Positions 38,925 to 49,340 of a stretch of 64,000 nucleotides of DNA are shown here, one piece after another. Both the position numbers and the translations under genes were made by a program. The notes under the pieces were generated by a model, which worked only from the letters and a program-made list of their open reading frames with translations, was not told the origin of the DNA and did not search any database. The number at the start of each line of letters is the position of its first letter. Position 1 is the first letter of the stretch. The DNA is taken from contig CAWHWQ010000001.1 in assembly GCA_963833095.1 (NCBI GenBank), positions 576,001-640,000 of the forward strand. Reading direction: 5' to 3'. The DNA is from Vulcanimicrobiota bacterium (GTDB lineage: Bacteria; Vulcanimicrobiota; Vulcanimicrobiia; Vulcanimicrobiales; Vulcanimicrobiaceae).

Positions 38925-40223
38925 TTACGACAAGAAGGACGCCCGTATTGAGGCCACGGTCTCATCGATATCTTCTGCGCTGTGCGCGGTCGACACGAAC
39001 ATCACTTCGTTTTGACTAGGCGGCAATAACACGCCGCGATCGAGCATGCCGTGCCAGTAGTCGGCGTATTGCCGCTTATCCGCAGCGAGCGCATCGTCGT
39101 AGTCGCGGTTGGGTGGTCCCGCTCGGAATTTAAAATCAACGATCGACTCATGTTGCACCACCGCGTAGGGAAGATCGCGCTCGCGGAAGATCGCGCGAAT
39201 GCCATCAGCCAATCGCTGCGCTAGACCACGCATCTGGTCGTAGTATTCGGGATGCGATTCCAGCAGATCGAGGACGCGATGCGCCATCCCGATGGAAAAC
39301 GGATTGCCGCCGTGCGTTCCGCCGGTAAATGTGCCACCAATCGGCGCCAGCACCGCCATCACGTCTTCGCGTCCGCCGAAAGCGGCGATCGGCGCGCCGC
39401 CGCCCATAATCTTCCCAACGACCGTCATGTCGGGCGTTACCTGCACCAGTGCCTGCGCACCCCCAAGCCCAAAGCGCAGCCAGGTGATCACTTCATCGAA
39501 AATCAGCAAAGCGCCGTGTCGCGCTGCGCGCTCGCGCAATCCTTCGAGAAATCCCGTGACCGGCGTGACGTAGCCCATGTTGCCGACGATCGGTTCGACG
39601 ATGATCGCCGCCAATTCGTGCTCGCGTCCTTTGAGGAACGCATCGACGCTCGCGAGGTCGTTGTAGCGCGCGACCACGACGTCGCGCATAATGCCAGCGG
39701 GAATGCCGCTGGCTTGCGCGTCCGAGGTGTGCGCCGAAGCACCCGCGTCGAGCAACGCAACATCCGAATGGCCGTGGTAGTTGCCGGCAAACTTGAGGAT
39801 CAACGAACGCTTTGTGTATGCGCGCGCAACGCGAATCGCGCTCATCACCGCCTCGGTTCCGGTGGTGACAAAGCGCATCCGCTCCATCGAGGGCAGACGC
39901 TCGCGAATCCGTTCGGCTAGGCGAATCTCATCGGGATGAGTGGTCCCCCACACCAAGCCGTGCCGGGCGAGTTCGTCGAGGCCGGTTACGAGCGCCGGGT
40001 GGGTATGGCCGAAAAGCAGCGGGCCGTACGCCATGATGTAGTCGATGTAGCGACGTCCCTCTTCATCATATGCGTGCGCCCCTTCGGCGCGGGCTTGCAC
40101 GAACATTGGGCCGCCTACGGCCCAGCCGGAACGCACCGGCGAATCGCATCCGCCGGCCAGAACGGCCTGCGCCCGTTCGCGCGTCGACACGCTTAGCGTG
40201 ACAGGGGGGTGTGCTTGCTTCAC
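38925..40223 (-). CDS. hemL: Glutamate-1-semialdehyde 2,1-aminomutase
   Basis: GGCDSPVR, GTEAVMSA, GNYHGH, EPIVGNMG, FDEV, GKIMGGG and PPSQNE. Confidence 0.92.
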   Translation of the reverse strand: MKQAHPPVTLSVSTRERAQAVLAGGCDSPVRSGWAVGGPMFVQARAEGAHAYDEEGRRYIDYIMAYGPLLFGHTHPALVTGLDELARHGLVWGTTHPDEIRLAERIRERLPSMERMRFVTTGTEAVMSAIRVARAYTKRSLILKFAGNYHGHSDVALLDAGASAHTSDAQASGIPAGIMRDVVVARYNDLASVDAFLKGREHELAAIIVEPIVGNMGYVTPVTGFLEGLRERAARHGALLIFDEVITWLRFGLGGAQALVQVTPDMTVVGKIMGGGAPIAAFGGREDVMAVLAPIGGTFTGGTHGGNPFSIGMAHRVLDLLESHPEYYDQMRGLAQRLADGIRAIFRERDLPYAVVQHESIVDFKFRAGPPNRDYDDALAADKRQYADYWHGMLDRGVLLPPSQNEVMFVSTAHSAEDIDETVASIRASFLS

Positions 40224-40392
40224 CGGGCGCCCTTCGCGGGCTGTCGCTGCGGCGCCTCGCCGGGGTGCAACCATTGGGCTGCGCCTGCGGTTTAAGCCAA
40301 TGTTCCAGGTTTTCGTATTCCGCAGTCGAGCTTTTTCCAAGTCCACGAACGAGTCGAACCTAAAGACAAATAGAGAGATAGGAGACTCGTTT

Positions 40393-40692
40393 ATGTACAG
40401 AGATGAAACGCTCGGTTGTGTTGATTGCGGACGCCAGTTCGCATTTACGACCGGCGAACAAGAATTCTTCGCGATGAAGGGCTTTACCAATAAGCCCAGC
40501 CGTTGCCCGGATTGCCGAGTGGTGCGCAAAGCGCGCCAGCCGCAGACCGCAAGCACCAGCACCAGCCGTCGTGAGATGTTCCAGGCAACGTGCAGTCAAT
40601 GCGGGCAGCGGGCGGAGCTTCCGTTCCAGCCGCGCAATGACCGCCCGGTTTATTGCCGGGACTGCTTTGCCTCGCGGCAAGCATACCGCTAG
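40393..40692 (+). CDS. Zinc-ribbon (CxxC-x17-CxxC) domain protein
   Basis: CVDC..F.FT.GEQEFF..KG...P.RCPDC and CSQC...PFQP...PVYCRDC. AGGAG SD. Confidence 0.9.
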   Translation: MYRDETLGCVDCGRQFAFTTGEQEFFAMKGFTNKPSRCPDCRVVRKARQPQTASTSTSRREMFQATCSQCGQRAELPFQPRNDRPVYCRDCFASRQAYR

Positions 40693-40710
40693 CCTTCGGG
40701 TTAGCATCGG

Positions 40711-40740
40711 AGAGGCGTCCCCCCCGGGGGCGCCTTTTTG
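40711..40740 (+). terminator. Intrinsic terminator
   Basis: AGGCGTCCCC/GGGGGCGCCT stem followed by TTTT, preceded by a C(UUCG)G hairpin at 40688-40705. Confidence 0.75.
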
Positions 40741-40763
40741 TTATCAGCGAATAGGAGCGCCAT

Positions 40764-41858
40764 ATGCCGCATATCGAGATCGAGATCGCCCCGCAGACCA
40801 ACATCAAAGACCTGGTCAACGCGCTGCCTATTGCCGCCGACGTACTGACCCAGTTTGGTCTGGGCTGCTCGGGCTGCGGCGTGAGCAAATACGAGACGAT
40901 CGAGCAAGGCGCAAAGGCTCATGGCCTGCGTGCCGAGCCCATCATCGCGGCGCTCGGTCAAGCGCGGCTTTCCGGCTTTGTGCCCCTGATTTCCAACGAA
41001 GATCGCACGCCCGCGCGTCGCGCGCCGGGCGCGTTTACCGGTCGCGCGAAGATCGCGCACGTCGTCCCGGTCATGTCGGGTAAGGGCGGCGTCGGTAAAT
41101 CGCTGGTCACCGCATTGCTTGCGCTCGGCCTGCGCCGCAAGCACCTCGCCGTCGGCATTCTCGATGCCGACATCACCGGCCCATCGATTCCAAAACTCTT
41201 CGGTTTGCACACGCCTCTTGCGATCGAAGCCGATCCCAACGCTCCCAAGACGCCGCAAGGCAATCCGCAGCCGCTCATGGTGCCGGCCGTTTCACGCAGC
41301 GCGATCGAAGTCGTGAGTTCAAACCTGTTGACCGACAAAGAAGACACCGCGATGATCTGGCGCGGGCCGATTCTCTCCGGCGTGATCCGCCAGTTCTACG
41401 AGCAAGTCATGTGGAGCGATCTCGACGTGTTGCTGATCGATCTTCCGCCGGGAACATCGGATGCACCGCTCACGGTGCTGCAGTCGCTCTCGGTCGATGG
41501 CGTGGTGCTGGTCACGATGCCGCAGGCGCTAGCGACCATGATTGTACGCAAGGCCGCGAACCTCGTGCATCAGCTCAAGAAACCGATCCTTGGCGTGGTG
41601 GAGAATATGTCGTACTTCGTTGCGCCGGACACCGGCACGAAATACGAGATCTTCGGCCCATCGTATGCCGATCGCGTCGCCGAGCTCGCGCAGGCGCCGG
41701 TGTTTGCCCGTATCCCGATCGACCCGCGCAAAGCAGCGCTCGCCGACGAAGGCCGCGTCGAAGAGATCGACGATCCGATCTGCGATCAGCTCGCCGATTC
41801 GTTGCTTGCATCCCTCGCCGCGCACCCGAAACCCAAGGAGATGATCTCGCTGGTATGA
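40764..41858 (+). CDS. mrp: Mrp/NBP35 (ApbC) ATPase with an N-terminal DUF1858-like domain
   Basis: SGKGGVGKS, DADITGPSIP, WRGP, IDLPPGTSD and VENMS. N-terminal FGLGCSGC...ETIEQGAKAHG. Confidence 0.88.
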   Translation: MPHIEIEIAPQTNIKDLVNALPIAADVLTQFGLGCSGCGVSKYETIEQGAKAHGLRAEPIIAALGQARLSGFVPLISNEDRTPARRAPGAFTGRAKIAHVVPVMSGKGGVGKSLVTALLALGLRRKHLAVGILDADITGPSIPKLFGLHTPLAIEADPNAPKTPQGNPQPLMVPAVSRSAIEVVSSNLLTDKEDTAMIWRGPILSGVIRQFYEQVMWSDLDVLLIDLPPGTSDAPLTVLQSLSVDGVVLVTMPQALATMIVRKAANLVHQLKKPILGVVENMSYFVAPDTGTKYEIFGPSYADRVAELAQAPVFARIPIDPRKAALADEGRVEEIDDPICDQLADSLLASLAAHPKPKEMISLV

Positions 41859-42334
41859 TGCTCTACTTTCTCCGTCACGGTCCCGCCGGAGACCGTGAAA
41901 CGTGGCAAGGATCCGACCACGATCGGCCGCTGACCCCGGACGGAAAGAAGCGCATCGCGCGGGAAGCCAAGGCAATAGCCGATCTGGATCTGCGGATACA
42001 ACTCGTTGTCACCAGCCCGCTCGTTCGTGCGCGGCAGACAGCGCAGATCGTCGTCGATGAACTCGATCTTCGCGAGGCGCTCGTCGAAGACGAGCGCCTT
42101 GGACTCGGATTTTCACCCGGACGGCTCGTCGACGTTCTGCGCGATCATCCGACCGTGACCGACCTCATGCTCGTTGGACACGAGCCATCGATGAGCCAGA
42201 CCATCGGAGCCTTGATCGGGGGCGCCGACATCGATTTCAAAAAAGGGAGCCTCGCCTGCGTCGACGTGGCGCGCGGCTCCGAACTGCGCGGCCGCCTCGT
42301 GTGGCTGGCGGCGCCGAAGCTCCTCACCCGCTAA
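41855..42334 (+). CDS. sixA: Phosphohistidine phosphatase SixA
   Basis: LRHG, DRPLT, SPLVRARQTA and VGHEP. Confidence 0.85.
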   Translation: MMLYFLRHGPAGDRETWQGSDHDRPLTPDGKKRIAREAKAIADLDLRIQLVVTSPLVRARQTAQIVVDELDLREALVEDERLGLGFSPGRLVDVLRDHPTVTDLMLVGHEPSMSQTIGALIGGADIDFKKGSLACVDVARGSELRGRLVWLAAPKLLTR

Positions 42335-43110
42335 CGTAACTGGGTAAACGTTCCGTGGTCGCGCATCTCGCTCGCCACCTTTTGCGCGGCGTTGTAGGCG
42401 ACACGCGCGAGACCGCTTCCGATGCTGATCCGGCGCACACCGATGCGCGAGAGGTCGTCGAGCGTAAGCGCCATACCGGAGAGACCAACGAGCACGTTGA
42501 GCGGCCGATCCACCGCGCGCACGACCGCGCCGATTTCTTCCTCAGTACGAAGGCCCGGCGCATAGACCACGTCGGCACCGGCGGCCGCGAACGCACGTAG
42601 ACGGGCAATCGTGTCGGCCAGATCGGGGCGATCCGCAATGAAATTCTCGGCCCGTGCGGTTAGCGTGAAGGGAAACGGCAGCGCGTGCGCAGCTTGGGCC
42701 GCTGCGCGCACACGTTCGGCGGCAAACTCGATCTCGTACGGCTCGCCCGCGCGACCGAGTGGCAGATCCTCGATCGAGCAGCCCGCAAGTCCGGCAGCTG
42801 CGGCGAGTCGAATCGTCTCCGCAACCCCGGAAGGATCGTCCGCGTAGCCGTTCTCGAGATCAGCGCTAACCGGAAGATCGGTCGCGGCAGCGAGCTGCGC
42901 AGCGTGCGCAAGCATCATGTCTCGATCGACGGCGCCATCGGCCTTCCCAACCGAATACGCAAAGCCCCAACTCGTCGTCGCGAGCGCTTCGAAACCGAGC
43001 GATTCGAGCATTTTCGCTGAACCGATGTCCCACGGATTAGGGATGATAAAAGCGCGGGTGCGCTCGTGCAGCGCGCGAAAGCCGGCCGCCTTTTCGGACT
43101 GACTCTTCAT
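42331..43110 (-). CDS. Isocitrate lyase/PEP mutase family protein
   Basis: PNPWDIGSA, ATTSWG, PVSADLENGY, IED and ARAE. Confidence 0.88.
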   Translation of the reverse strand: MKSQSEKAAGFRALHERTRAFIIPNPWDIGSAKMLESLGFEALATTSWGFAYSVGKADGAVDRDMMLAHAAQLAAATDLPVSADLENGYADDPSGVAETIRLAAAAGLAGCSIEDLPLGRAGEPYEIEFAAERVRAAAQAAHALPFPFTLTARAENFIADRPDLADTIARLRAFAAAGADVVYAPGLRTEEEIGAVVRAVDRPLNVLVGLSGMALTLDDLSRIGVRRISIGSGLARVAYNAAQKVASEMRDHGTFTQLR

Positions 43111-43113
43111 CGG

Positions 43114-43431
43114 TCAGGGCGACGACGCGGTTACGACGACTGCGTTACGGGCCTGAATGATGCCGTTTGAAAAAATCTGATGAAAGACTCCGGCGACGGT
43201 CAGCGATTGGCCAACGTAGAAATTTGGCTTGGAAAACTCCACGACGTTGATGCATCGGCTATCGCAAAGCGCAAACTGCGTGATGACGCCCCCGGGGATA
43301 GCACGCATTGCAATGCCTTGCACGATGCCAAGCACCGTGACGTTCTTGCGTTCATAACTCGCAGGTGAGGCGAGGATTCCTGAGGGCGCGAGCACGTTCG
43401 CGGCGAGGAGTACGGCGAGTACCTGCTTCAT
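43114..43431 (-). CDS. Small exported hypothetical protein (OB-fold-like)
   Basis: Signal-like N-terminus; P..Y..K.VTV.G.V pattern. Confidence 0.55.
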   Translation of the reverse strand: MKQVLAVLLAANVLAPSGILASPASYERKNVTVLGIVQGIAMRAIPGGVITQFALCDSRCINVVEFSKPNFYVGQSLTVAGVFHQIFSNGIIQARNAVVVTASSP

Positions 43432-43483
43432 ACCAATGGGGTATCCGCATTGGTGCTTGCAATCCTTGTCACAAGCTCCATCG

Positions 43484-44245
43484 CTAGTGCTGCCCCAACG
43501 ATCGGACGATCAAGCCCGCGGCCGAGGCGAGCATCAAGACGATGAACAAACTGCGCAGCACGCGTTCGGGTAAACGCTTGGCGAGATTGACGCCATAGGG
43601 AACCGAGAACGCTCCGCCAAGCGCGAGAGCGATGCCGGGAATCCAATCGACGTCGTGCACCCCGGCGTAGGTGATGATGCTCACCACGGTTCCCGGAGCA
43701 ACCAAGGCGAGTCCCATTCCCTGCGCTGCGACTTGTGAGAGACCGAAGAGCGCGGACATCGCCGGAACGGCAAAGACCGCCCCCCCGACGCTAAAAATCC
43801 CCGAAAGCGCTCCGCCGATTGCGCCGACGATTCCCGCGTAGGGCCACGGAACGATGCGCGGCGCATGCAGGCCCTTGGGACCAAACGTTCGCCAAGCCAT
43901 CTGGGTGGCAATCGCCACGATAAAAATCGCGAACGCAACGCGCAGAGGCCGACTTGGGAGTACCGTAGCGACATGCGCGCCGATGTAGGTAAACGGAACC
44001 GCCGTAGCCGCGAGCGTAATGGCCAGGCGTGCATCGAGGCCGATTTTGCGGACGTAGTTCCAGAGCCCGAGCAGCACATTGGGCACGATCATGACAAGCG
44101 CCGTGCCTTGAGCGACCTGCTCTGAGTAACCAAAGAAGACGCCGAGCACCGGAATGGCGATAAGTCCGCCTCCGATACCGAATAAACCACCTAGGTAACC
44201 AAAGACGAGGCCCAACACGAGATAGATAAGTACGCTCTGCAGCAT
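43484..44245 (-). CDS. Sulfite exporter TauE/SafE (TSUP) family protein
   Basis: GGLFGIGGG.I.IP and AQGTAL, repeated in the second half. TATAAT lies 7 nt before ATG 44245. Confidence 0.88.
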   Translation of the reverse strand: MLQSVLIYLVLGLVFGYLGGLFGIGGGLIAIPVLGVFFGYSEQVAQGTALVMIVPNVLLGLWNYVRKIGLDARLAITLAATAVPFTYIGAHVATVLPSRPLRVAFAIFIVAIATQMAWRTFGPKGLHAPRIVPWPYAGIVGAIGGALSGIFSVGGAVFAVPAMSALFGLSQVAAQGMGLALVAPGTVVSIITYAGVHDVDWIPGIALALGGAFSVPYGVNLAKRLPERVLRSLFIVLMLASAAGLIVRSLGQH

Positions 44246-44361
44246 GAGCGTCATTATAGAGCAATTTAGAAGCTCTTGATTGCGATTTGAGCGACATTTG
44301 GTCGCCGGCTGTCGGGAAAGTCGCACGTCACGTTACGGTGCAGGCGCACGCTGGAATGGCT

Positions 44362-44832
44362 ATGCAAAACCTACATTTCTTGCGACCTTTGGGATCAATT
44401 GCACTCTGCGGTGCGCTCGGCTTCGCGTTGCTCGGCGCGGCCGGCGGCGATGCCGCAAACCCGGCAGACTCGCAGTTCACCCAACAGGCCATGCACACGC
44501 TGCTCCAAAGCGTTTCCAATGCGGATGTCGCCGAGTCCGGCGGGGACGCGCACGTCAAATCGGTCGCCTCGACCATTCAATCCGACGAGGTCGCGATCGG
44601 TAACCAGCTCGGTTCACTCGCAAACTTCTACGGCATCAACGTTTCGACCGACGCCCCCAAAGCGTCGACTGATGCCGCGGGTTATGTGGCAAGCCAAACC
44701 AAAGAGCTCCAGTCGCTGATCGTGCTCTTCCAAGGCGAAGAGCAGAACGGCGGCGGCGCGCAATTGCGAGCGTTCGCCAGCCAAGCGATACCCGTGCTTC
44801 AAAAAGATCTGCACGCGCTCCAAGAGAGCTAG
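44362..44832 (+). CDS. Secreted helical protein, DUF4142-like
   Basis: Signal peptide; ADSQF...A and LRAFASQAIPVLQKDL resemble DUF4142. Confidence 0.6.
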   Translation: MQNLHFLRPLGSIALCGALGFALLGAAGGDAANPADSQFTQQAMHTLLQSVSNADVAESGGDAHVKSVASTIQSDEVAIGNQLGSLANFYGINVSTDAPKASTDAAGYVASQTKELQSLIVLFQGEEQNGGGAQLRAFASQAIPVLQKDLHALQES

Positions 44833-44895
44833 TAACGGTCACAGAGCCCCACGCTCAGACGTCGAAACCCTCGGTATAAGGGGGGTTTCGACGGC

Positions 44896-45936
44896 ATGCG
44901 GCGCTTGGCGCTCTTGGGGCTTTCTTTGCTTATCTGCGGATTCACCGCCGGAGCGCCGATGGCAAGCTTCGACGGCGCCACTCGCTGGGTGAACAGTCCA
45001 ACCCTCACTCCTGCGGATCTGCATGGGAAAGTCGTCCTCGTCGACTTTTGGGAATACACGTGCTTGAACTGCTTGCGCACGTTGCCGTACCTGCGCGAAT
45101 GGTATAAGCGCTACCGCGACGACGGGTTCACGATCGTCGGCGTGCACACACCCGAGTTTTCGTTCTCCGGGGAGCCGGCCGAGGTTGAAAGCGCGAGCAA
45201 ACGTCTCGACGTGACGTGGCCCGTCGCGGTTGACGACAGCCGCGCGATCTGGAATCACTTCGGGATAAACGTCTGGCCGACGGAACTCTTGTACGATCAA
45301 AGCGGCCATCTCGTCGAGACGCAGATCGGTGAAGGCAACTATCCTCAGACTGAAGCCAAGATTCAAGAGCTCTTGCGCGTTGCGAATCCTGCGCTAAAAC
45401 TTCCGGCTGTGATGGCGCTGCTTCCCCAGGATAGTTACAACAAACCCGGAGCCGTGTGTTATCCGCGAACCGCCGAGGTTCTCGTCGGTCATACCCCAAT
45501 CGCCAACGCGCCGCGGTTCGGTGACCCCTCGAGCGATCTTCCGTACCACGATGTGAGCGCGCATCGTGACGGCGCAATCTATCTCGATGGATTCTGGCAT
45601 GCAACGCGCGAAGCCGTGGCCTTCGGCGGCGGCGGTGGATACTTCGATATGGCTTACCATGCAATCGAAGTGACCGCCGTAATGACGGCGGACCGCGGCG
45701 TGACGCGCGTCGACGTCACGCAGGACGGTAAGCCGCTGGCACGCGAGGACGCCGGCTCCGACGTCCGCTACGATTCCGATGGAACGTCGTACGTAACCGT
45801 CGATGCATCACGGTCGTACCAGCTCGTCGAGAACAAGAACTACGGCGCGCACGATCTCCGTCTGACACCCAAAGGCTACGGTCTGGCGGTTTACGACGTC
45901 GATTTCGAGTCGTGCGAGGTCCCGGGGACGCGCTAG
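44896..45936 (+). CDS. Redoxin / DipZ C-terminal-like thiol-disulfide protein
   Basis: GKVVLVDFWEYTCLNC, GVHTPEF and GEGNY. Confidence 0.85.
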   Translation: MRRLALLGLSLLICGFTAGAPMASFDGATRWVNSPTLTPADLHGKVVLVDFWEYTCLNCLRTLPYLREWYKRYRDDGFTIVGVHTPEFSFSGEPAEVESASKRLDVTWPVAVDDSRAIWNHFGINVWPTELLYDQSGHLVETQIGEGNYPQTEAKIQELLRVANPALKLPAVMALLPQDSYNKPGAVCYPRTAEVLVGHTPIANAPRFGDPSSDLPYHDVSAHRDGAIYLDGFWHATREAVAFGGGGGYFDMAYHAIEVTAVMTADRGVTRVDVTQDGKPLAREDAGSDVRYDSDGTSYVTVDASRSYQLVENKNYGAHDLRLTPKGYGLAVYDVDFESCEVPGTR

Positions 45937-45952
45937 ATCGAACTCCCGCCCG

Positions 45953-47134
45953 GTGCGCAAATTGCTGCTGGGACTTCTCGCCGGTGCCGGCGCCGGCTAC
46001 GTCGCGGCCCGCGCGGTGCAAGCGCTTGCGCTGGCGCGTTCGCGGGTAGACCCGATCTCAAGCGATCCCGCGGCCTATGGGCGCACGCGACGGGCGCTCG
46101 CGCTTGCAGGGACCCTTCGCTCGACGCTTTCCGCGCTCGCGTTTGCGTACGGGCCGCTCGCGCCACGCGCATTGCGAGCCCTGGAAGCGTTGCCGCGTTG
46201 GCTGCGCCCCGGCGCATTTTTCGGCGCCCTAACGTTGGTGTCGAGCGTCATCGATTTGCCGGTCACGTTTGTCGAGGATTACGCGATCGAGCGACAATAC
46301 GGCCTAAGCGATCAGCCGGCGAAAGCGTTCTTGGTCGACTGGGCTAAAGGCACCGCAATATCGGCAGTGTTGGTAACGGCGCTTGCGCTCTTAGGTGGCG
46401 TCATGGTGCGGCGTTTCCGCGCAACCTGGCCGATCGTCGCGGCGCTGGGAATGCTGCCACTCTTTATTCTCGCGAATCTCGTGGTCCCAATCTACATTCT
46501 GCCGCTTTTCAATCGTTTCGAGCCGCTGCGCGGATCGCTCGAAGTTCGTTTGCGGGCGCTCGCCACGCGCTTCGGCGTCGGCGGCGCGGAAATCTTGCGC
46601 ATGGATATGAGCAAGCAAACAAAAAAGGCCAACGCTTTCGTTGCGGGCATCGGCTCGACCCACCGGATCGTGCTCGGCGATACGCTTATCGATGCGTTCG
46701 AACCCGATGAAATCGAGTTCGTGGTCGCGCACGAGCTCGGACATTACGTCACGCGCGACACCTGGCGTATGATCGCGCTCGCGGAGACCGTCACCGCAGG
46801 CCTGCTGGGAATCGTCGCGCTCGGGCTACGCGACGATGAGTCGCAAGACAGCCTCTTCTTACTGCGTATTGCTGCGTGGCTGGGCGTCGGCATGCTCACC
46901 GTCCGGCCGGCGATCAACTCCTTTTCACGTTCGCGCGAATGGGCCGCCGATCGCTTCGCGCTTGCCACCACCGGCGATGCTCGCAGCGGCGCGGCGGCAT
47001 TCCGCCGTCTGCGCGATCAAAACTTGGCCGAAGAGGAACCGCCCGCGTGGTACGAGTTCCTCTTCGCGTCACATCCAAGTTTGGGCAAGCGCATCGAAGC
47101 GCTTGAGCTTAATTCGCGTGAACCGGTTTCTTGA
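45953..47134 (+). CDS. M48 (Ste24-like) metallopeptidase
   Basis: [21 protein letters not shown] and SHP. Confidence 0.92.
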   Translation: MRKLLLGLLAGAGAGYVAARAVQALALARSRVDPISSDPAAYGRTRRALALAGTLRSTLSALAFAYGPLAPRALRALEALPRWLRPGAFFGALTLVSSVIDLPVTFVEDYAIERQYGLSDQPAKAFLVDWAKGTAISAVLVTALALLGGVMVRRFRATWPIVAALGMLPLFILANLVVPIYILPLFNRFEPLRGSLEVRLRALATRFGVGGAEILRMDMSKQTKKANAFVAGIGSTHRIVLGDTLIDAFEPDEIEFVVAHELGHYVTRDTWRMIALAETVTAGLLGIVALGLRDDESQDSLFLLRIAAWLGVGMLTVRPAINSFSRSREWAADRFALATTGDARSGAAAFRRLRDQNLAEEEPPAWYEFLFASHPSLGKRIEALELNSREPVS

Positions 47135-47966
47135 CCGACGTGGTAACGAATTCGAGCAAGTCGGTGTTGAGGCGATCCTTCATGGTTGAAGGCAGGCCGT
47201 GCGGTGCTCCTTCGTAGACCTTGAGAATCGAACCGCGCACCAGTTTCGCGCTGGCAAGTCCGGCAGCTTTGATCGGCACGATTTGGTCATCGTCACCATG
47301 CACGACCAGCGTGGGAACCTCGAGCTGGCTCATCTTCTTGAGGTCTTCGGTGAAATCGGTCTCCGAAAACGCCTTGATGCAGTCGTAGGACGCGGGCATG
47401 CCGGCGATCATCCCGGCAAGCCAAAACGAATCACGCAATCCCTGGGATACTTTCGAGCCCGCGCGGTTCGCTCCGTAGAACGGCGCCGACAAATCCCGAA
47501 AGAACTGCGAACGGTCGGCATGAACGCCGGCGCGAATCTGATCGAACGCCTCGAGCGGCGTTCCGTCGGGATTGTTCGGCGTTTTAAGCATGAGCGGCGG
47601 CACCGCGCTGATGAGGGCCGCACCGGACACGCGCGCGTTGCCGTGGCGGAGAATGTATCGTGTGACCTCGCCGCCGCCGGTCGAGTGCCCGACGTGAATG
47701 GCGTTGGTCAGATCCAGCTTTTCGGTGAGTTGCGCTAAGTCGTCGGCGTACGTGTCCATGTCGTTGCCGTCAAATGGTTGGCTCGAACGGCCGTGGCCGC
47801 GGCGGTCGTGCGCGATGCATCGATAGCCCTTGGATGACAGAAAGAACATTTGATCTTCCCACGCATCCGCGTTGAGCGGCCAACCATGGCTAAAAACGAT
47901 CGGCTGACCTTTTCCCCAATCCTTGTAATAGAGTTCAGTCCCATCGCGTAAGGTGATCGTTGGCAT
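47109..47966 (-). CDS. cpo: Non-heme haloperoxidase-type alpha/beta hydrolase
   Basis: [38 protein letters not shown] and PHG. Confidence 0.85.
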   Translation of the reverse strand: MPTITLRDGTELYYKDWGKGQPIVFSHGWPLNADAWEDQMFFLSSKGYRCIAHDRRGHGRSSQPFDGNDMDTYADDLAQLTEKLDLTNAIHVGHSTGGGEVTRYILRHGNARVSGAALISAVPPLMLKTPNNPDGTPLEAFDQIRAGVHADRSQFFRDLSAPFYGANRAGSKVSQGLRDSFWLAGMIAGMPASYDCIKAFSETDFTEDLKKMSQLEVPTLVVHGDDDQIVPIKAAGLASAKLVRGSILKVYEGAPHGLPSTMKDRLNTDLLEFVTTSVKKPVHAN

Positions 47967-47969
47967 GAT

Positions 47970-49340
47970 CTATTCTCCGTTTTCAAGCGGGGGAGACCAG
48001 CGTACCGCGCCGACGAAGTAGACGCAAGCACCCACCATAAGACTGACGACACCAAAGATAATGGGCCACGTTCCCGCGGAACAAAAAATATAGATCCACC
48101 CTGTGAGCGCAATCAGCGCGGGCACAGGAAACATCCACATGCGGTATGGGGCGCGCACGCCGCGCGCCCGCATGACAAAGAGCGCGATGATCTGCGCGAC
48201 CGATTGCACCAACACGATCCCAGTGGTAAGTGCGTTGATCACCTGATCGAGCGTAAAAAAGCAAGCGACCAATGCGATCCCAGCGATCACGACCAGCGAG
48301 ACGTCGGGGAATCGATGGCGCCCGTGCACGTGAGCGAAAGGCCGCAGAAAGATTCCATTCTGCGCCGCCGCGTAGGGTATCCGCGAGGCCCCCAATAGGT
48401 TGCCGTAGACCGACGCGAACGCCGTGATTAAGATCAGCAGCGTGATACCGATTGCGGCTGGTACACCGAGTACCCGTTCAACGATTGCTGAAGCGAGGTG
48501 CTGCCCGAGCGGCGGGAGCGATCCGTCGGCAAGCGGCACGACCTGCTGCCACGGTATCGCGCCGAGGACGCCGGTCTGCATGGCAACGTAGAGCACCGCC
48601 ACGAGCGTAACCGCGATACCGATCGCGCGCGGCAACGTGCGCGCCGGCGCCACGACTTCATCGGCGATCGTGTTGGCGGCGTTGTATCCGAGATAGTCGT
48701 ACATTGCGATAATCAGCGCCGAACCGAGCCCGGCACGTAGGCCCGCCCAGAATGAATCGTGCGGAGCCACCGTAAATGCGAGGTGCGCAGACCAATGCAT
48801 GAACGCGGCGCCCGCAACGCTCAGCAAGGTCAACACCGCGACTGCACCAAGCAGCACGCTCACCCGTTCGATCGTCTTAATGCCGCGATACAGGGCGAGC
48901 AGCGTCACGACGCCAACGCCGACGGCCAACAGTTTGAGCGCGAGCGGCGAGCCGGCCAGCGCGGGAAACAGGTAGCCCGCATAATTCGCAAAGCCGATGT
49001 ATCCACTGGCAAGTAAGAGCGGTGCAGAAAAAATAGTTTGCCAGACGAAAAGAAATGCGGGCAGCGGCCCGATGCCCACGCGCCCGAAGATCGCGAGCAG
49101 ATAGCCGTACGTTCCGCCCGAACGCGGATAGGCCGAGCCAAGCTCAGCCCAAACCAAGCCGTCGCAGAGCGCCAGAACGGCGCCGAGTAGCCAGCCGATG
49201 AGCGAGAGCGGCCCGTGCAACGCGCCGAGTACCAGCGGAATCGTGATCAGCGGGCCGATGCCGATCATCGTAATGACGTTCACGGCGACCGCGCCGAGCA
49301 GTCCGACGCCGCGAACCAGCGCGGGGCGACCCGCACTCAT
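47970..49340 (-). CDS. APC family amino acid permease
   Basis: MIGIGP, AELGSAYPRSGG and multi-TM profile. Confidence 0.9.
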   Translation of the reverse strand: MSAGRPALVRGVGLLGAVAVNVITMIGIGPLITIPLVLGALHGPLSLIGWLLGAVLALCDGLVWAELGSAYPRSGGTYGYLLAIFGRVGIGPLPAFLFVWQTIFSAPLLLASGYIGFANYAGYLFPALAGSPLALKLLAVGVGVVTLLALYRGIKTIERVSVLLGAVAVLTLLSVAGAAFMHWSAHLAFTVAPHDSFWAGLRAGLGSALIIAMYDYLGYNAANTIADEVVAPARTLPRAIGIAVTLVAVLYVAMQTGVLGAIPWQQVVPLADGSLPPLGQHLASAIVERVLGVPAAIGITLLILITAFASVYGNLLGASRIPYAAAQNGIFLRPFAHVHGRHRFPDVSLVVIAGIALVACFFTLDQVINALTTGIVLVQSVAQIIALFVMRARGVRAPYRMWMFPVPALIALTGWIYIFCSAGTWPIIFGVVSLMVGACVYFVGAVRWSPPLENGE

